In this document: piece by piece, positions 8,443 through 17,452 of the stretch
How positions within the stretch are numbered: position 1 is the stretch's first letter
How the letters are laid out: every line of letters begins with the position of its first letter
NCBI GenBank assembly: GCA_040756415.1
Contig: JBFLYZ010000013.1
Span: 3,768 to 67,767 of the forward strand
Direction: 5' to 3'
DNA: 64,000 nucleotides
From: Bacteroidota bacterium
GTDB taxonomy: Bacteria; Bacteroidota; Bacteroidia; JADZBD01
Notes under the pieces: model-generated
Told to the model about the DNA's origin: nothing
The model's input: only the letters and a program-made list of their open reading frames with translations
The model's database searches: none
Program-made: the position numbers and the translations under genes

Positions 8443-9218
8443 TTTATATTCTCAAGGAAAATAGTGATGGCAGCCCAGTATTCCCCGTGGTTCTCATCGC
8501 TTGTCCATAAGGCCCTGGAGCCGTGCTGCCCTCTGGAGGCGGGAATGAACTGAGAGACCAGGGCCTTGTTCTTTACTGCCGAAAGCATGGCGCTCAGCTC
8601 CGGTGCCTCTTCTTTGGAGGAGGTGGCAAACAGCGGCTTGTTCAGCTCGGCCAGGCGTTCGCGGAGCGAACCTTTGCTGTCAGCGTAGTAATCGCCCGGG
8701 CTGAATACGATCATGGCGCGTACGTTGGGGTTCTCTGTTCCGGCATAGAGCGCCAGCGTGGCGGAATAGGAGCTGCCCCACAGAATCACGGGGCGGCCAT
8801 ATTTTGCGGCCATGAAGTTTACCGCGGCATGGATGTCTTTTAATGCATCCAGTTGCTCGGCAGGTTTCCCTGTCTTATTAGCCTCCAGCGCGGTTTCGTT
8901 GGGCAGGCTATCCATGGGACCGCCAACGCGCTGGTCGATGGCCAGGCAGTTGAATCCTTTGGCGCGAAGCGCCTGGGCGATCTCGCGGTATTCAGCTTTA
9001 TTGTAATGCAGTTGGTGGCAAAGTACCACAGAAGGGGCATCGGGGCTGAGGTGGTAAAGGTGAGCAGTGACCTGCAGGCTGTCATCGGCCGCAAAACTGA
9101 CCTTTACCGGTGCGGAGGGGCTTTCCCGGTGCTGATGGGGGCTGCTGTGCTCCTGCGGATCATTGCCGCAGGCAGCGGCAAAAATGGCGATCAGGGATAG
9201 CAGGCGTGCAGCGTTCAT
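8439..9218 (-). CDS. Alpha/beta-hydrolase fold lipoprotein (dienelactone hydrolase / S9-S33-like)
   Basis: Lipoprotein-type signal MNAARLLSLIAIFAAACGN. The ORF could also start at 9263. Nucleophile-elbow-like ILWGSSYSATLAL, with size and pattern typical of alpha/beta hydrolases. Confidence 0.7.
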   Translation of the reverse strand: MNAARLLSLIAIFAAACGNDPQEHSSPHQHRESPSAPVKVSFAADDSLQVTAHLYHLSPDAPSVVLCHQLHYNKAEYREIAQALRAKGFNCLAIDQRVGGPMDSLPNETALEANKTGKPAEQLDALKDIHAAVNFMAAKYGRPVILWGSSYSATLALYAGTENPNVRAMIVFSPGDYYADSKGSLRERLAELNKPLFATSSKEEAPELSAMLSAVKNKALVSQFIPASRGQHGSRALWTSDENHGEYWAAITIFLENIK

Positions 9219-9354
9219 GCGCAAAGGTTGAACAAATTTAGGAATCCTGGACAAAATCGCCACAGGCCGAATTTTTTATACATTCGCTGTCGGATTTAAA
9301 GACCTTCATCAGCAGGTATTCACCATTTGATCATCAACATTAATCCATGAGCAT

Positions 9355-10740
9355 ATGAGTTACGATGTAATAGTGATAGGCAGCGGCCCGGGAGGCTATG
9401 TTGCCGCGATCCGCGCCTCGCAGCTTGGACTGAAAACAGCCATTGTTGAACGTGCCGAGCTGGGCGGTATCTGCCTCAACTGGGGTTGCATACCTACCAA
9501 GGCCCTGTTGAAATCCGCGCAGGTGTTCGAATACCTGAAGCATGCATCGGATTACGGCATTAAGGTGAATGGTGGCGAGGCCGATTTCGGGGCGGTGGTG
9601 AAGCGTTCGCGCGAGGTGGCCGATGGGATGAGCAAGGGCGTGCAGTTCCTGATGAAAAAGAACAAGATCGATGTCATCAAAGGTTCCGGCAAGGTAAAGC
9701 CGGGCAAAAAAGTGGAGGTGGACGATGCGGGCAAGAAAAGCACGCATGAAGCGAAGCACATCATCATAGCCGTGGGAGCCCGTTCGCGCGCTTTACCCAA
9801 CCTGCCCCAGGACGGTAAAAAGATCATCGGTTACCGCGAGGCCATGACCCTGCCCAGGCAGCCCAAAAGCATGGTGGTGGTGGGATCGGGGGCCATAGGC
9901 AGCGAGTTCGCCTATTTCTATGCGGCCATGGGCACCAAGGTCACCCTGGTGGAGTTCATGCCCAGCATCGTTCCGGTAGAGGACGAGGAAGTGTCAAAGC
10001 AACTGGAGCGCTCGTTCAAGAAGATGGGCATGGATGTGATGACCTCATCGGAAGTGCTTTCGGTCGATACCAAGGGCGATGGCTGCAAGGTTACGATCAG
10101 GAACAAGGTGGGCGAACAGAAGGTGGAATGCGATATCGTTCTTTCAGCGGTGGGCATTTCTGCCAACCTGGAGAACATAGGGCTGGAGGAAGTAGGCATT
10201 GCCACGGACAAGGGAAAGATACTGACCAATCCCTATTACCAGACCAATATACCCGGCTATTACGCTATTGGCGATTGCGTAGGCGGCCAGGCGCTGGCCC
10301 ACGTGGCATCGGCCGAGGGTATTATCTGCGTGGAGAAGATCGCGGGGCATCATCCCGAGCCGCTCGACTACAACAATATTCCCGGGTGCACCTATACCTC
10401 GCCCGAGATCGCATCGGTAGGTTACACGGAGAAAAAAGCCAAAGAAGCCGGCTACGAGATCAAAGTGGGCAAGTTCCCTTTCTCCGCTTCGGGCAAGGCC
10501 AGCGCAGCAGGCGCGAAAGAGGGCTTTGTGAAAGTGATCTACGATGCCAAGTATGGCGAACTGCTGGGCGCTCATATGATCGGGCTGAATGTTACGGAGA
10601 TGATTGCAGAGATCGTAGCCGCGCGCAAGCTGGAAACCACGGGCCACGAGATACTCAAGTCCGTTCACCCGCATCCGACCATGAGCGAAGCCGTTATGGA
10701 GGCTACGGCCGCTGCCTATGGTGAGGTCATTCACCTGTAA
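9355..10740 (+). CDS. lpdA: Dihydrolipoyl dehydrogenase (E3 component)
   Basis: 461 aa. FAD-binding motif DVIVIGSGPGGY, redox-active disulfide GGICLNWGCIPTK, NAD site VVVGSGAIGSEFA and C-terminal HPHPTMSE interface motif. Confidence 0.95.
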   Translation: MSYDVIVIGSGPGGYVAAIRASQLGLKTAIVERAELGGICLNWGCIPTKALLKSAQVFEYLKHASDYGIKVNGGEADFGAVVKRSREVADGMSKGVQFLMKKNKIDVIKGSGKVKPGKKVEVDDAGKKSTHEAKHIIIAVGARSRALPNLPQDGKKIIGYREAMTLPRQPKSMVVVGSGAIGSEFAYFYAAMGTKVTLVEFMPSIVPVEDEEVSKQLERSFKKMGMDVMTSSEVLSVDTKGDGCKVTIRNKVGEQKVECDIVLSAVGISANLENIGLEEVGIATDKGKILTNPYYQTNIPGYYAIGDCVGGQALAHVASAEGIICVEKIAGHHPEPLDYNNIPGCTYTSPEIASVGYTEKKAKEAGYEIKVGKFPFSASGKASAAGAKEGFVKVIYDAKYGELLGAHMIGLNVTEMIAEIVAARKLETTGHEILKSVHPHPTMSEAVMEATAAAYGEVIHL

Positions 10741-10742
10741 GA

Positions 10743-11885
10743 TCATTCCCTGATGTTTCCCCTGCTTTTGATCGGGAGAAGCAGGCGGAGCAGCCATTTA
10801 TAGTACTGGTAAGCTATCCAGTGCCAAAACCGGGTGAGGATACCCCTGTGCAGGCTTTTCCAGGTGATCTTTCTGCACCGCGTATTCATGACCTCTTCCA
10901 GGTGGCGGTGAAAGGTTTCGGCAAAATCCCTGTTGTCGATATCGGCATTCAGCTCTATGCTCCAATAGCGGCTCAGGTAATTCACATTGTACGACCCGAC
11001 CGAGGCCCATTTTGAATCCACCACGATGGCCTTGCCGTGCATGACCGAATCGTGCCATTCGTACACCTCGACCTTATTGCGCGTGAGAAAATTGTACAGG
11101 TATTTCTCGGCCAGCCTGAAAAAGGGCAGATCGGATTTGCCGGCCAGGATGACCTTGATGCGCACGCCTCTTCTCACGGCCCGCTTCATGGCCCGCCTGA
11201 GGGAATGGCCCGGAAGAAAATAGCTGCCCGCAATAATGATCGAGCGCTCCGCCATGGCAAAAGCATTTTTATAACTGAGGTAGGTATCGGTCTTGCCGAT
11301 GATCCAGTCGTTGCGCCTGAACCGCACGTTCACACCGCCCGCTAAACCGGAGGGGCAGGGGTAATCAACGATACGTTTGTAGCTTCTGCGATGGAATATC
11401 CTCTCGCACAGCAGGTGCAGGTAACCGCACACTTCCCCATTGATCCGTACGGCATAGTCCAGCCAGGCGCGTTCGTTAGCGGTGCCGCGGTACTTATCCG
11501 AGATATTGATGCCGCCTACCATGGCGGTCCTGCGGTCAGCAACCACTATCTTATGGTGCAGCCGCCTGCCCAGGAAGATACTTTCGGACGAGAACAGCGG
11601 GGAAAAGAGTCTGAAGCGTATGCCGCTTTGAAGCATTTCATTCTTTGTTTTGCGCGATAGGCCCTTGGAGCCGAAGCCATCGGCCAGCAAAAACACCTTA
11701 ACCCCACGGTGGGCCGCCTGCTTAAGCGATGCGATCACCTGCCTGCCGGTCTCATCTTCTTCCAGGATATAAACCTGCAGGTGGATGACCTCTTTCGCTT
11801 CCGCGATCAGCCTCTCCAGCTCCGCGAAATAGGTCTTCCCGTGATGGATCAGCTTCACCGACTCGGCCTGGCAATAGTTCTTCAT
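10743..11885 (-). CDS. Phospholipase D superfamily protein, ClsB-like cardiolipin synthase
   Basis: 380 aa with two HKD motifs (HHKIVVADRRTAMVGGINISDKY and MHGKAIVVDSKWASVGSYNVN). There is no N-terminal TM segment, as in ClsB-type enzymes. Confidence 0.8.
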   Translation of the reverse strand: MKNYCQAESVKLIHHGKTYFAELERLIAEAKEVIHLQVYILEEDETGRQVIASLKQAAHRGVKVFLLADGFGSKGLSRKTKNEMLQSGIRFRLFSPLFSSESIFLGRRLHHKIVVADRRTAMVGGINISDKYRGTANERAWLDYAVRINGEVCGYLHLLCERIFHRRSYKRIVDYPCPSGLAGGVNVRFRRNDWIIGKTDTYLSYKNAFAMAERSIIIAGSYFLPGHSLRRAMKRAVRRGVRIKVILAGKSDLPFFRLAEKYLYNFLTRNKVEVYEWHDSVMHGKAIVVDSKWASVGSYNVNYLSRYWSIELNADIDNRDFAETFHRHLEEVMNTRCRKITWKSLHRGILTRFWHWIAYQYYKWLLRLLLPIKSRGNIRE

Positions 11886-11967
11886 GGCGCAAAACTACTA
11901 AACGCCTGCGCTAAGAAGGGGTAATTTGGTTTTAATTGCCTAATTTAGCTTACCAATTTGCCTACCC

Positions 11968-13701
11968 ATGAAAAAAACGACCCTGCTCTTTACCCTGCTT
12001 TATTCCCTCAGCTTTTTTGCTCAGACCAATATCATCAGCACCAATCCGGTTGCTGAACAGGTCATGATGGGAAACTATAATCCCTCCCTTTACCTGGCCT
12101 CCAACATCATCAACTCGCCCGATTCGATCACGGCAGGAATCAACGCCCGCATATCGCCCGATTCGCTGAAGAGCTATATCGTCAAGCTGGCCTCGTTCAG
12201 GAACAGGAATACGGGCAGCGATACCGTATCATCACAAAAAGGGGTGGGTGCCTCCCGCAGGTGGGTGTACTCGAAGTTCCAGCAGTTCAGCGCTGCCAAT
12301 GAGAACCGGCTTATTCCCTCTTACCTTCAGTTTGACCTGGGTATTTGTGGCATGACCCGGCACCGCAACATTTTTGCCGTGCTTCCCGGCATGGATACGG
12401 CCGATAAGTCCATCATCATCATTGAGGGCCATATGGACAGCCGCTGCGAAGGCTTGTGCGATACGGCCTGCAACGCGCAGGGCGTGGAAGACAATGCCAG
12501 CGGCACGGCCCTCGTGATCGAGCTCTGCAGGGTGATGAGCAGGTATTCGTATAACCATACCATCGTATTCCTGGTAACGATAGGAGAGGAGCAGGGCCTG
12601 TATGGTGCCGAAGCTTTCGCTGACTATGTGCAGGTAAAAGGGATAGAGGTAAAGGCCGTGCAGAACAACGATGTGATCGGTGGGATCATCTGCGGGCAAA
12701 CCTCATCGCCTCCCAGTTGCCCGGGTGTTAACACGATTGACAGCACCCAGGTACGCCTGTTCTCGTTCGGCAATTTCAATTCCAGGCACAAGGGCCTGGC
12801 ACGCTTCATCAAACTGGAGTACAGGGAGGAGCTGCTCCCCCTGGTGAGCGTTCCCATGCTGGTCTCTATCATGAGCCCCGAGGACCGGACCGGCCGGAGC
12901 GGGGATCACGTTCCTTTCCGGCAGCACAATTACGCGGCCATGCGTTTTACCTCGGCCAACGAGCATGGCGATGCCAACGTGAGCAATATGAGCTATTCCG
13001 ACCGCCAGCATACAACGCGGGATACGCTGGGAGCCGATACGGATAACGACCTGATGGTCGACAGCTTTTTCGTGGACTTTAACTACCTGGCGCGTAACGC
13101 CTGCATCAATGGCAACTCAGCGGCTATGCTGGGCATTGGTCCCAAACAGCCGAACATGAGCATTACAGTGACCGGATACAATACGGTGCGCATACAGATC
13201 ACCCAGCAGACCCAATACGCGGTGTACCGGCTGGGCGTTCGCGTACCCACCAATAACGACTGGGATACGATCTATACCCTATCGGGCACCGTGGATACAT
13301 TCTATATCCCCAATCCGGGCATGCACTACTTCCAGGTGATGAGCGTAGATACGAACGGGATCGAAAGCCTGCCTTCCCAGGAATACATGCTGAACATGAC
13401 AGGTGCCGCGGAAACCAGTGATGTTCCCCGCAACATCGAGCTGATGCAGAACAGGCCCAATCCTTTTGACGAGGCCACTTATATCTCGGTGCTGGTCAAT
13501 GAGCCTGTTCAGTACGGATCGGCCTGGGTGCTCATTACCGACCTTTCGGGCAAAGAAGTGCAGAAACTCGATATTCAACTGAACCAGGGTATCAACGAGA
13601 TACTTTTCGAACATGGCTACGGGCGTAGCGGGATTTACAACTATACACTGTATATCGACAGCAAGCCGGTGCAAAGCAGGCAGATGATATTCGCGAACTG
13701 A
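11968..13701 (+). CDS. M28 family peptidase with T9SS type A C-terminal sorting domain
   Basis: Signal peptide MKKTTLLFTLLYSLSFFAQ. M28 metal-site segments EGHMDSRCE, DNASGTALVIEL and GEEQGLYGAEAF. The C-terminal ~85 aa carry NRPNPFDEATYISV ... GIYNYTLYID ... MIFAN, typical of Por/T9SS type A CTDs. Confidence 0.85.
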   Translation: MKKTTLLFTLLYSLSFFAQTNIISTNPVAEQVMMGNYNPSLYLASNIINSPDSITAGINARISPDSLKSYIVKLASFRNRNTGSDTVSSQKGVGASRRWVYSKFQQFSAANENRLIPSYLQFDLGICGMTRHRNIFAVLPGMDTADKSIIIIEGHMDSRCEGLCDTACNAQGVEDNASGTALVIELCRVMSRYSYNHTIVFLVTIGEEQGLYGAEAFADYVQVKGIEVKAVQNNDVIGGIICGQTSSPPSCPGVNTIDSTQVRLFSFGNFNSRHKGLARFIKLEYREELLPLVSVPMLVSIMSPEDRTGRSGDHVPFRQHNYAAMRFTSANEHGDANVSNMSYSDRQHTTRDTLGADTDNDLMVDSFFVDFNYLARNACINGNSAAMLGIGPKQPNMSITVTGYNTVRIQITQQTQYAVYRLGVRVPTNNDWDTIYTLSGTVDTFYIPNPGMHYFQVMSVDTNGIESLPSQEYMLNMTGAAETSDVPRNIELMQNRPNPFDEATYISVLVNEPVQYGSAWVLITDLSGKEVQKLDIQLNQGINEILFEHGYGRSGIYNYTLYIDSKPVQSRQMIFAN

Positions 13702-13984
13702 CACGCGCCCGGTACCGGGCAAGAGGAGCGGGCTCTGCCGTTCAGTATGAAATTGGGCGCAGATCCTTAGCTGCTGGCCAACAGGTGTTTGCGCTTTTTA
13801 GCTTGTACCCATCCCCCGCACGGGACAAATAGAGGAAATCCTCCTTTTCCTGCAACCTGCCGGATGTTTATAAATTCCTCTTTTTTAGGCTAATGGGCAT
13901 GCAACTTTCAGCCCCGCCCTGTTGTCTTCAAAAAGGATAGTAAAAATCAACAAAAAGCCTTCAGAAACAGCTAATTTTGCACCC

Positions 13985-16900
13985 ATGAACAAACTGTACA
14001 AAGTACTATTCACCCTAAGCCTGTTTGCAGGTATAGGTACTGCCAGCGCCCAGAACGAGACCAATGAGTCGATGCAGGATTGCCCGGGCATACCGGGTGC
14101 CTGCGGATATCCTTCTGTCAATACCCCTCCTGACAAAAACAGCCCGGTACCCCTCAATGGTAACGGCTCTCTGGGGCAGACATACAACTTTGCCAAGTGC
14201 GGACTTAACTACGTGCAGGCTTCCCAGCGCCTGAAAAAGCGGGGTTCTAACGGCTGGGGCGTTAATCAGCCGGCCCCTTATGTTATTACCGGCATACCCA
14301 CCTGTTTCGTGATAGAAAGGGCCTATATGTGGTCCAGCATGTCGGGTACGGCCATTAACTTCAACATTACCGTGGTTAATCCGCAAGCTCAGACCTTCAC
14401 CTTCCCGGCCACTACCATAGGCACGGGACCGGATAAATGCTGGGGCTACGGAGGCACCACATCTTATCGCGTTGACGTTACCGCTGCCATTACCGGCAAC
14501 GGCACGTACACCATCAGCGGCTTTCCCACCAACCCGCCCACACCCCAAAAGGACACCGATGGAGCTACTCTCTTCATCATCTACAGCGATCCAACTGCCA
14601 ATTATCGCGGCCACATGGTGATCCATGACGGATGCGTGGTAGGTATTGGCGGTAACACTACTCAAACCATGACCGGTATCAACGCCTGCGCTAATTCTAT
14701 TTATGCCCGCGCCTTCTGTATGACAGGCGACTGGCAGCTCAACGGCATTTCCGGTAACTGGAACGGTTCGCCCATCAATATTCCATGGAACTGGTGGAAC
14801 TTCGACCAGGTGGCAACCAATGTAACAGCCGGCCAGAATACCGCTGTATATACCCATGCGGGTCTCAACGACTGCTACAATTGGGTGGTGATGGGCCTGT
14901 ATTACCGAACCAATACCTGCACCACCTGTCCACAGACCACGGCTTTGACCATTACGCCTAACCCTACCCAACCCACCTGTAATTCCTGTAACGGTATAGC
15001 CTCGGTGACGATAACAGGGGGAAGTCCGCCCTATACCTATTCCTGGGTGCCTGGTAATTCTACCACTCAGGCTATCAGTAACCTTTGTCCGGGCACCTAT
15101 ACGGTCTATGTTTCGGATGCCAGTTGCAACCAGGGCAGCACCACTATTACGCTGAACTCGGTCAACGCTACCATCAACACCAGCACCTCTTCCACCCCCG
15201 CACTGTGTTTTGGCAGTTGTAGTGGCACGGCCACCGTTACTCCATCGGGAGGCACTGCACCTTATTCTTACACGTGGGCCACTACACCGGTTCAGAGCAC
15301 GCAAACGGCTACGGGCCTCTGCGCGGGAACCTATTCCGTTCAGGTGGCGGATGCCAACGGATGCACGGCCACTACCACCGTAACGGTTACGGAACCACCG
15401 CAGCTTACGGCAAGCATACTGGCCAACGTTAACCCGAGCTGTTTTGGCGGAAACAACGGTGGCGCAGCCGTGCAGGCTACGGGCGGAACACCTAATTACT
15501 CATACAGTTGGGCTCCTTCGGGAGGCAGCGGGGCCAGCGCCACGGGCTTAACGGCCGGGTCGTACACCTGCTATGTGACCGATGCCAACGGCTGTACGAC
15601 CACCGCAACGGTTACTCTGGGACAACCTCCCGCACTTACCTTACAGGCGCAGGGCTTTGCCGAGACCTGTAACGGTGCTTGCGATGGACAGGTAGTATGT
15701 ATACCCGGTGGCGGAACCCCTTCTTATACCTACAGTTGGAGCAACGGCTGCACAAGCCCGGGCTGTATGCCGGTTTGCTCGGGCACTTACACTATAGTTG
15801 TGACCGATGCCAACGGATGCACCATACAAGATACAGCGATCGTTTCCTCGCCTCCGGGATTGACACTGCAGACCAGCACTACTCCCGAGCTTTGCAGCCA
15901 GGCCAACGGCACCGCTACGGTTACTCCCAGCGGAGGCACACCGGGTTATACCTATACCTGGAGCACTACGCCTTTGCAAAGCTCGGCTACGGCAACCGGC
16001 CTTTCAGGGGGAACATATACCGTAACGGTCACCGATGCCAATGGCTGCTCGCAAACCACCACGGTTACCGTGCTCAATCCCTCCGGAGTGATCGCAAGTA
16101 CCACTTCCTTTACGGATGTGACCTGTTTCAACCTCTGTGACGGCACTGCCAATGTGCTGGCTACGAACGGAGCTACTCCGTATGTTTATTCCTGGAGCAC
16201 GAACCCTTCGCAAAATACGGCCAACGCCAGCGGCCTGTGTGCCGGAACCTATATCTGTTATGTGACCGATTCCAACAATTGCGTTGATACGGCCACTGTG
16301 ACGATAAGCCAGCCCACCCAGCTTACTGCTACGGCATCGCAGAACCAGGCTATTTGTGCGGGAGGCACCACTACGATAAGCGGTTTGGCCCAGGGAGGCA
16401 CGCCTGCGTATACCTACGCCTGGGCGCCTTCGGGCAGCGGCACCTCTGTCAGCGTAACGCCTACGGCCACCACGATCTATACCCTCACGGTCACCGATGC
16501 CAATGGCTGCACCGCCACTGCCACCACCACCGTAACCGTGAACGCTCTGCCCGTATTCAATATTATTGCTGATGACAGCTCGGGCTGCGTAACGCATTGC
16601 GTCAATTTCAGCGCCAGCTTAAGCACAGGCACTTTTGCCTGGAGCTATGGTGATGCTTCTACCGGCAATACTGCAACGCCCAATCACTGCTATACGGTGC
16701 CCGGTTCATATGATGTAACGCTGACCATTACCGATGCCAACAGTTGTTCGACTACGGTGACCGTTAACGGGATGATCAATGTTTATCCCATGCCGACTGC
16801 CGACTTTTCCATGAGCGCTGAATCGGCCTCTATACTCGAGCCCAATGTGTGCTTTACCAACGGCTCGGTGGGGGCTACTATTTACAGTTGGGACTTTGGC

Positions 16901-17332
16901 GATGCGGGAAGTCCGTACAACAGCAGCACGCTGCAGGATCCCTGCCATACCTTCAGCGATACAGGCACTTTCTGCATTACGCTCTGGGTTGAAACCCCCT
17001 ACGGCTGCCGCGACACGATCAGCTATTGCCTCATCATCGAGCCCGACTTTACCTTTTACGCTCCCAACGCGATCACTCCCGATGGAGACGGAATCAATGA
17101 CGACTTCTTCCCCAAAGGAACAGGCTGGGATCCCGCCAACTATACATTGTATATCTTCGACCGCTGGGGCAATATGATCTTCCAGACCGATGATATGAAC
17201 AAGCATTGGGACGGTAAAGTGCAGGGGCATAGCGACCTGGTACAGGAAGATACCTATGTTTGGAAAGTAGTGCTGAAAGACTTTACCGGGGCCCAGCACC
17301 AGTATGTGGGCCATGTTTCGGTGATCCGATAA
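13985..17332 (+). CDS. Large surface adhesin-like protein: novel N-terminal head, 6 SprB repeats, Ig-like and 2 PKD-like domains, T9SS type B (CHU_C) sorting domain
   Basis: Start is placed at MNKLYKVLFTLSLFAGIGTASAQ (signal peptide). SprB-repeat signatures C-x-G/S-x-x-[ND]G-x-A-x-V-x(3)-GG-x-x-P-Y-x-Y-x-W recur 6 times. The C-terminus YAPNAITPDGDGINDDFFPKG ... IFDRWGNMIFQT ... WDGK ... DTYVWKV is the gliding-motility-associated C-terminal domain. Confidence 0.85.
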   Translation: MNKLYKVLFTLSLFAGIGTASAQNETNESMQDCPGIPGACGYPSVNTPPDKNSPVPLNGNGSLGQTYNFAKCGLNYVQASQRLKKRGSNGWGVNQPAPYVITGIPTCFVIERAYMWSSMSGTAINFNITVVNPQAQTFTFPATTIGTGPDKCWGYGGTTSYRVDVTAAITGNGTYTISGFPTNPPTPQKDTDGATLFIIYSDPTANYRGHMVIHDGCVVGIGGNTTQTMTGINACANSIYARAFCMTGDWQLNGISGNWNGSPINIPWNWWNFDQVATNVTAGQNTAVYTHAGLNDCYNWVVMGLYYRTNTCTTCPQTTALTITPNPTQPTCNSCNGIASVTITGGSPPYTYSWVPGNSTTQAISNLCPGTYTVYVSDASCNQGSTTITLNSVNATINTSTSSTPALCFGSCSGTATVTPSGGTAPYSYTWATTPVQSTQTATGLCAGTYSVQVADANGCTATTTVTVTEPPQLTASILANVNPSCFGGNNGGAAVQATGGTPNYSYSWAPSGGSGASATGLTAGSYTCYVTDANGCTTTATVTLGQPPALTLQAQGFAETCNGACDGQVVCIPGGGTPSYTYSWSNGCTSPGCMPVCSGTYTIVVTDANGCTIQDTAIVSSPPGLTLQTSTTPELCSQANGTATVTPSGGTPGYTYTWSTTPLQSSATATGLSGGTYTVTVTDANGCSQTTTVTVLNPSGVIASTTSFTDVTCFNLCDGTANVLATNGATPYVYSWSTNPSQNTANASGLCAGTYICYVTDSNNCVDTATVTISQPTQLTATASQNQAICAGGTTTISGLAQGGTPAYTYAWAPSGSGTSVSVTPTATTIYTLTVTDANGCTATATTTVTVNALPVFNIIADDSSGCVTHCVNFSASLSTGTFAWSYGDASTGNTATPNHCYTVPGSYDVTLTITDANSCSTTVTVNGMINVYPMPTADFSMSAESASILEPNVCFTNGSVGATIYSWDFGDAGSPYNSSTLQDPCHTFSDTGTFCITLWVETPYGCRDTISYCLIIEPDFTFYAPNAITPDGDGINDDFFPKGTGWDPANYTLYIFDRWGNMIFQTDDMNKHWDGKVQGHSDLVQEDTYVWKVVLKDFTGAQHQYVGHVSVIR

Positions 17333-17345
17333 GAATCAGTAGTCA

Positions 17346-17373
17346 AGAGACGCCTTCGGGCGTCTCTTTTTTT
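17346..17373 (+). terminator. Rho-independent terminator
   Basis: AGAGACGCCttcgGGCGTCTCTtttttt: a 9-bp perfect stem, tetraloop and T-tract, 14 nt after the stop codon. Confidence 0.7.
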
Positions 17374-17452
17374 CACGCACATATCATGTAGGCTTAAAGT
17401 GCTGAATTGCAGGGTTGAATAAATCTGATTAATTTTACCATGATATTCTGAG

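Noticed and set aside
10743-11885. The PLD-superfamily gene was considered as a possible defence nuclease (Nuc/BfiI-like HKD).
   Set aside because: It has two HKD motifs in one ~380-aa chain with ClsB-like spacing. No partner defence genes are nearby, and it sits among housekeeping genes. A cardiolipin/phospholipid synthase role is the simpler reading.
13707-13720. The perfect palindrome GCCCGGTACCGGGC, 6 nt after the M28/T9SS peptidase stop, is a possible terminator.
   Set aside because: It would form a hairpin with essentially no loop, and no T-tract follows. This is not enough for a rho-independent terminator call.
14015-15304. Many long ORFs lie antisense or out of frame to confident genes. 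Examples are 14015-15304 (429 aa), 26028-26813, 45126-46319 (397 aa), 46436-47395, 51768-52760, 54802-55815 (337 aa), 55907-57049 (380 aa) and 59738-60898 (386 aa).
   Set aside because: Their translations are Arg/Gly/His/Pro-rich and low in complexity with no recognisable motifs. Each fully overlaps a gene with strong family signatures on the other strand or frame. This is typical of spurious ORFs in GC-rich or repeat-rich coding DNA.
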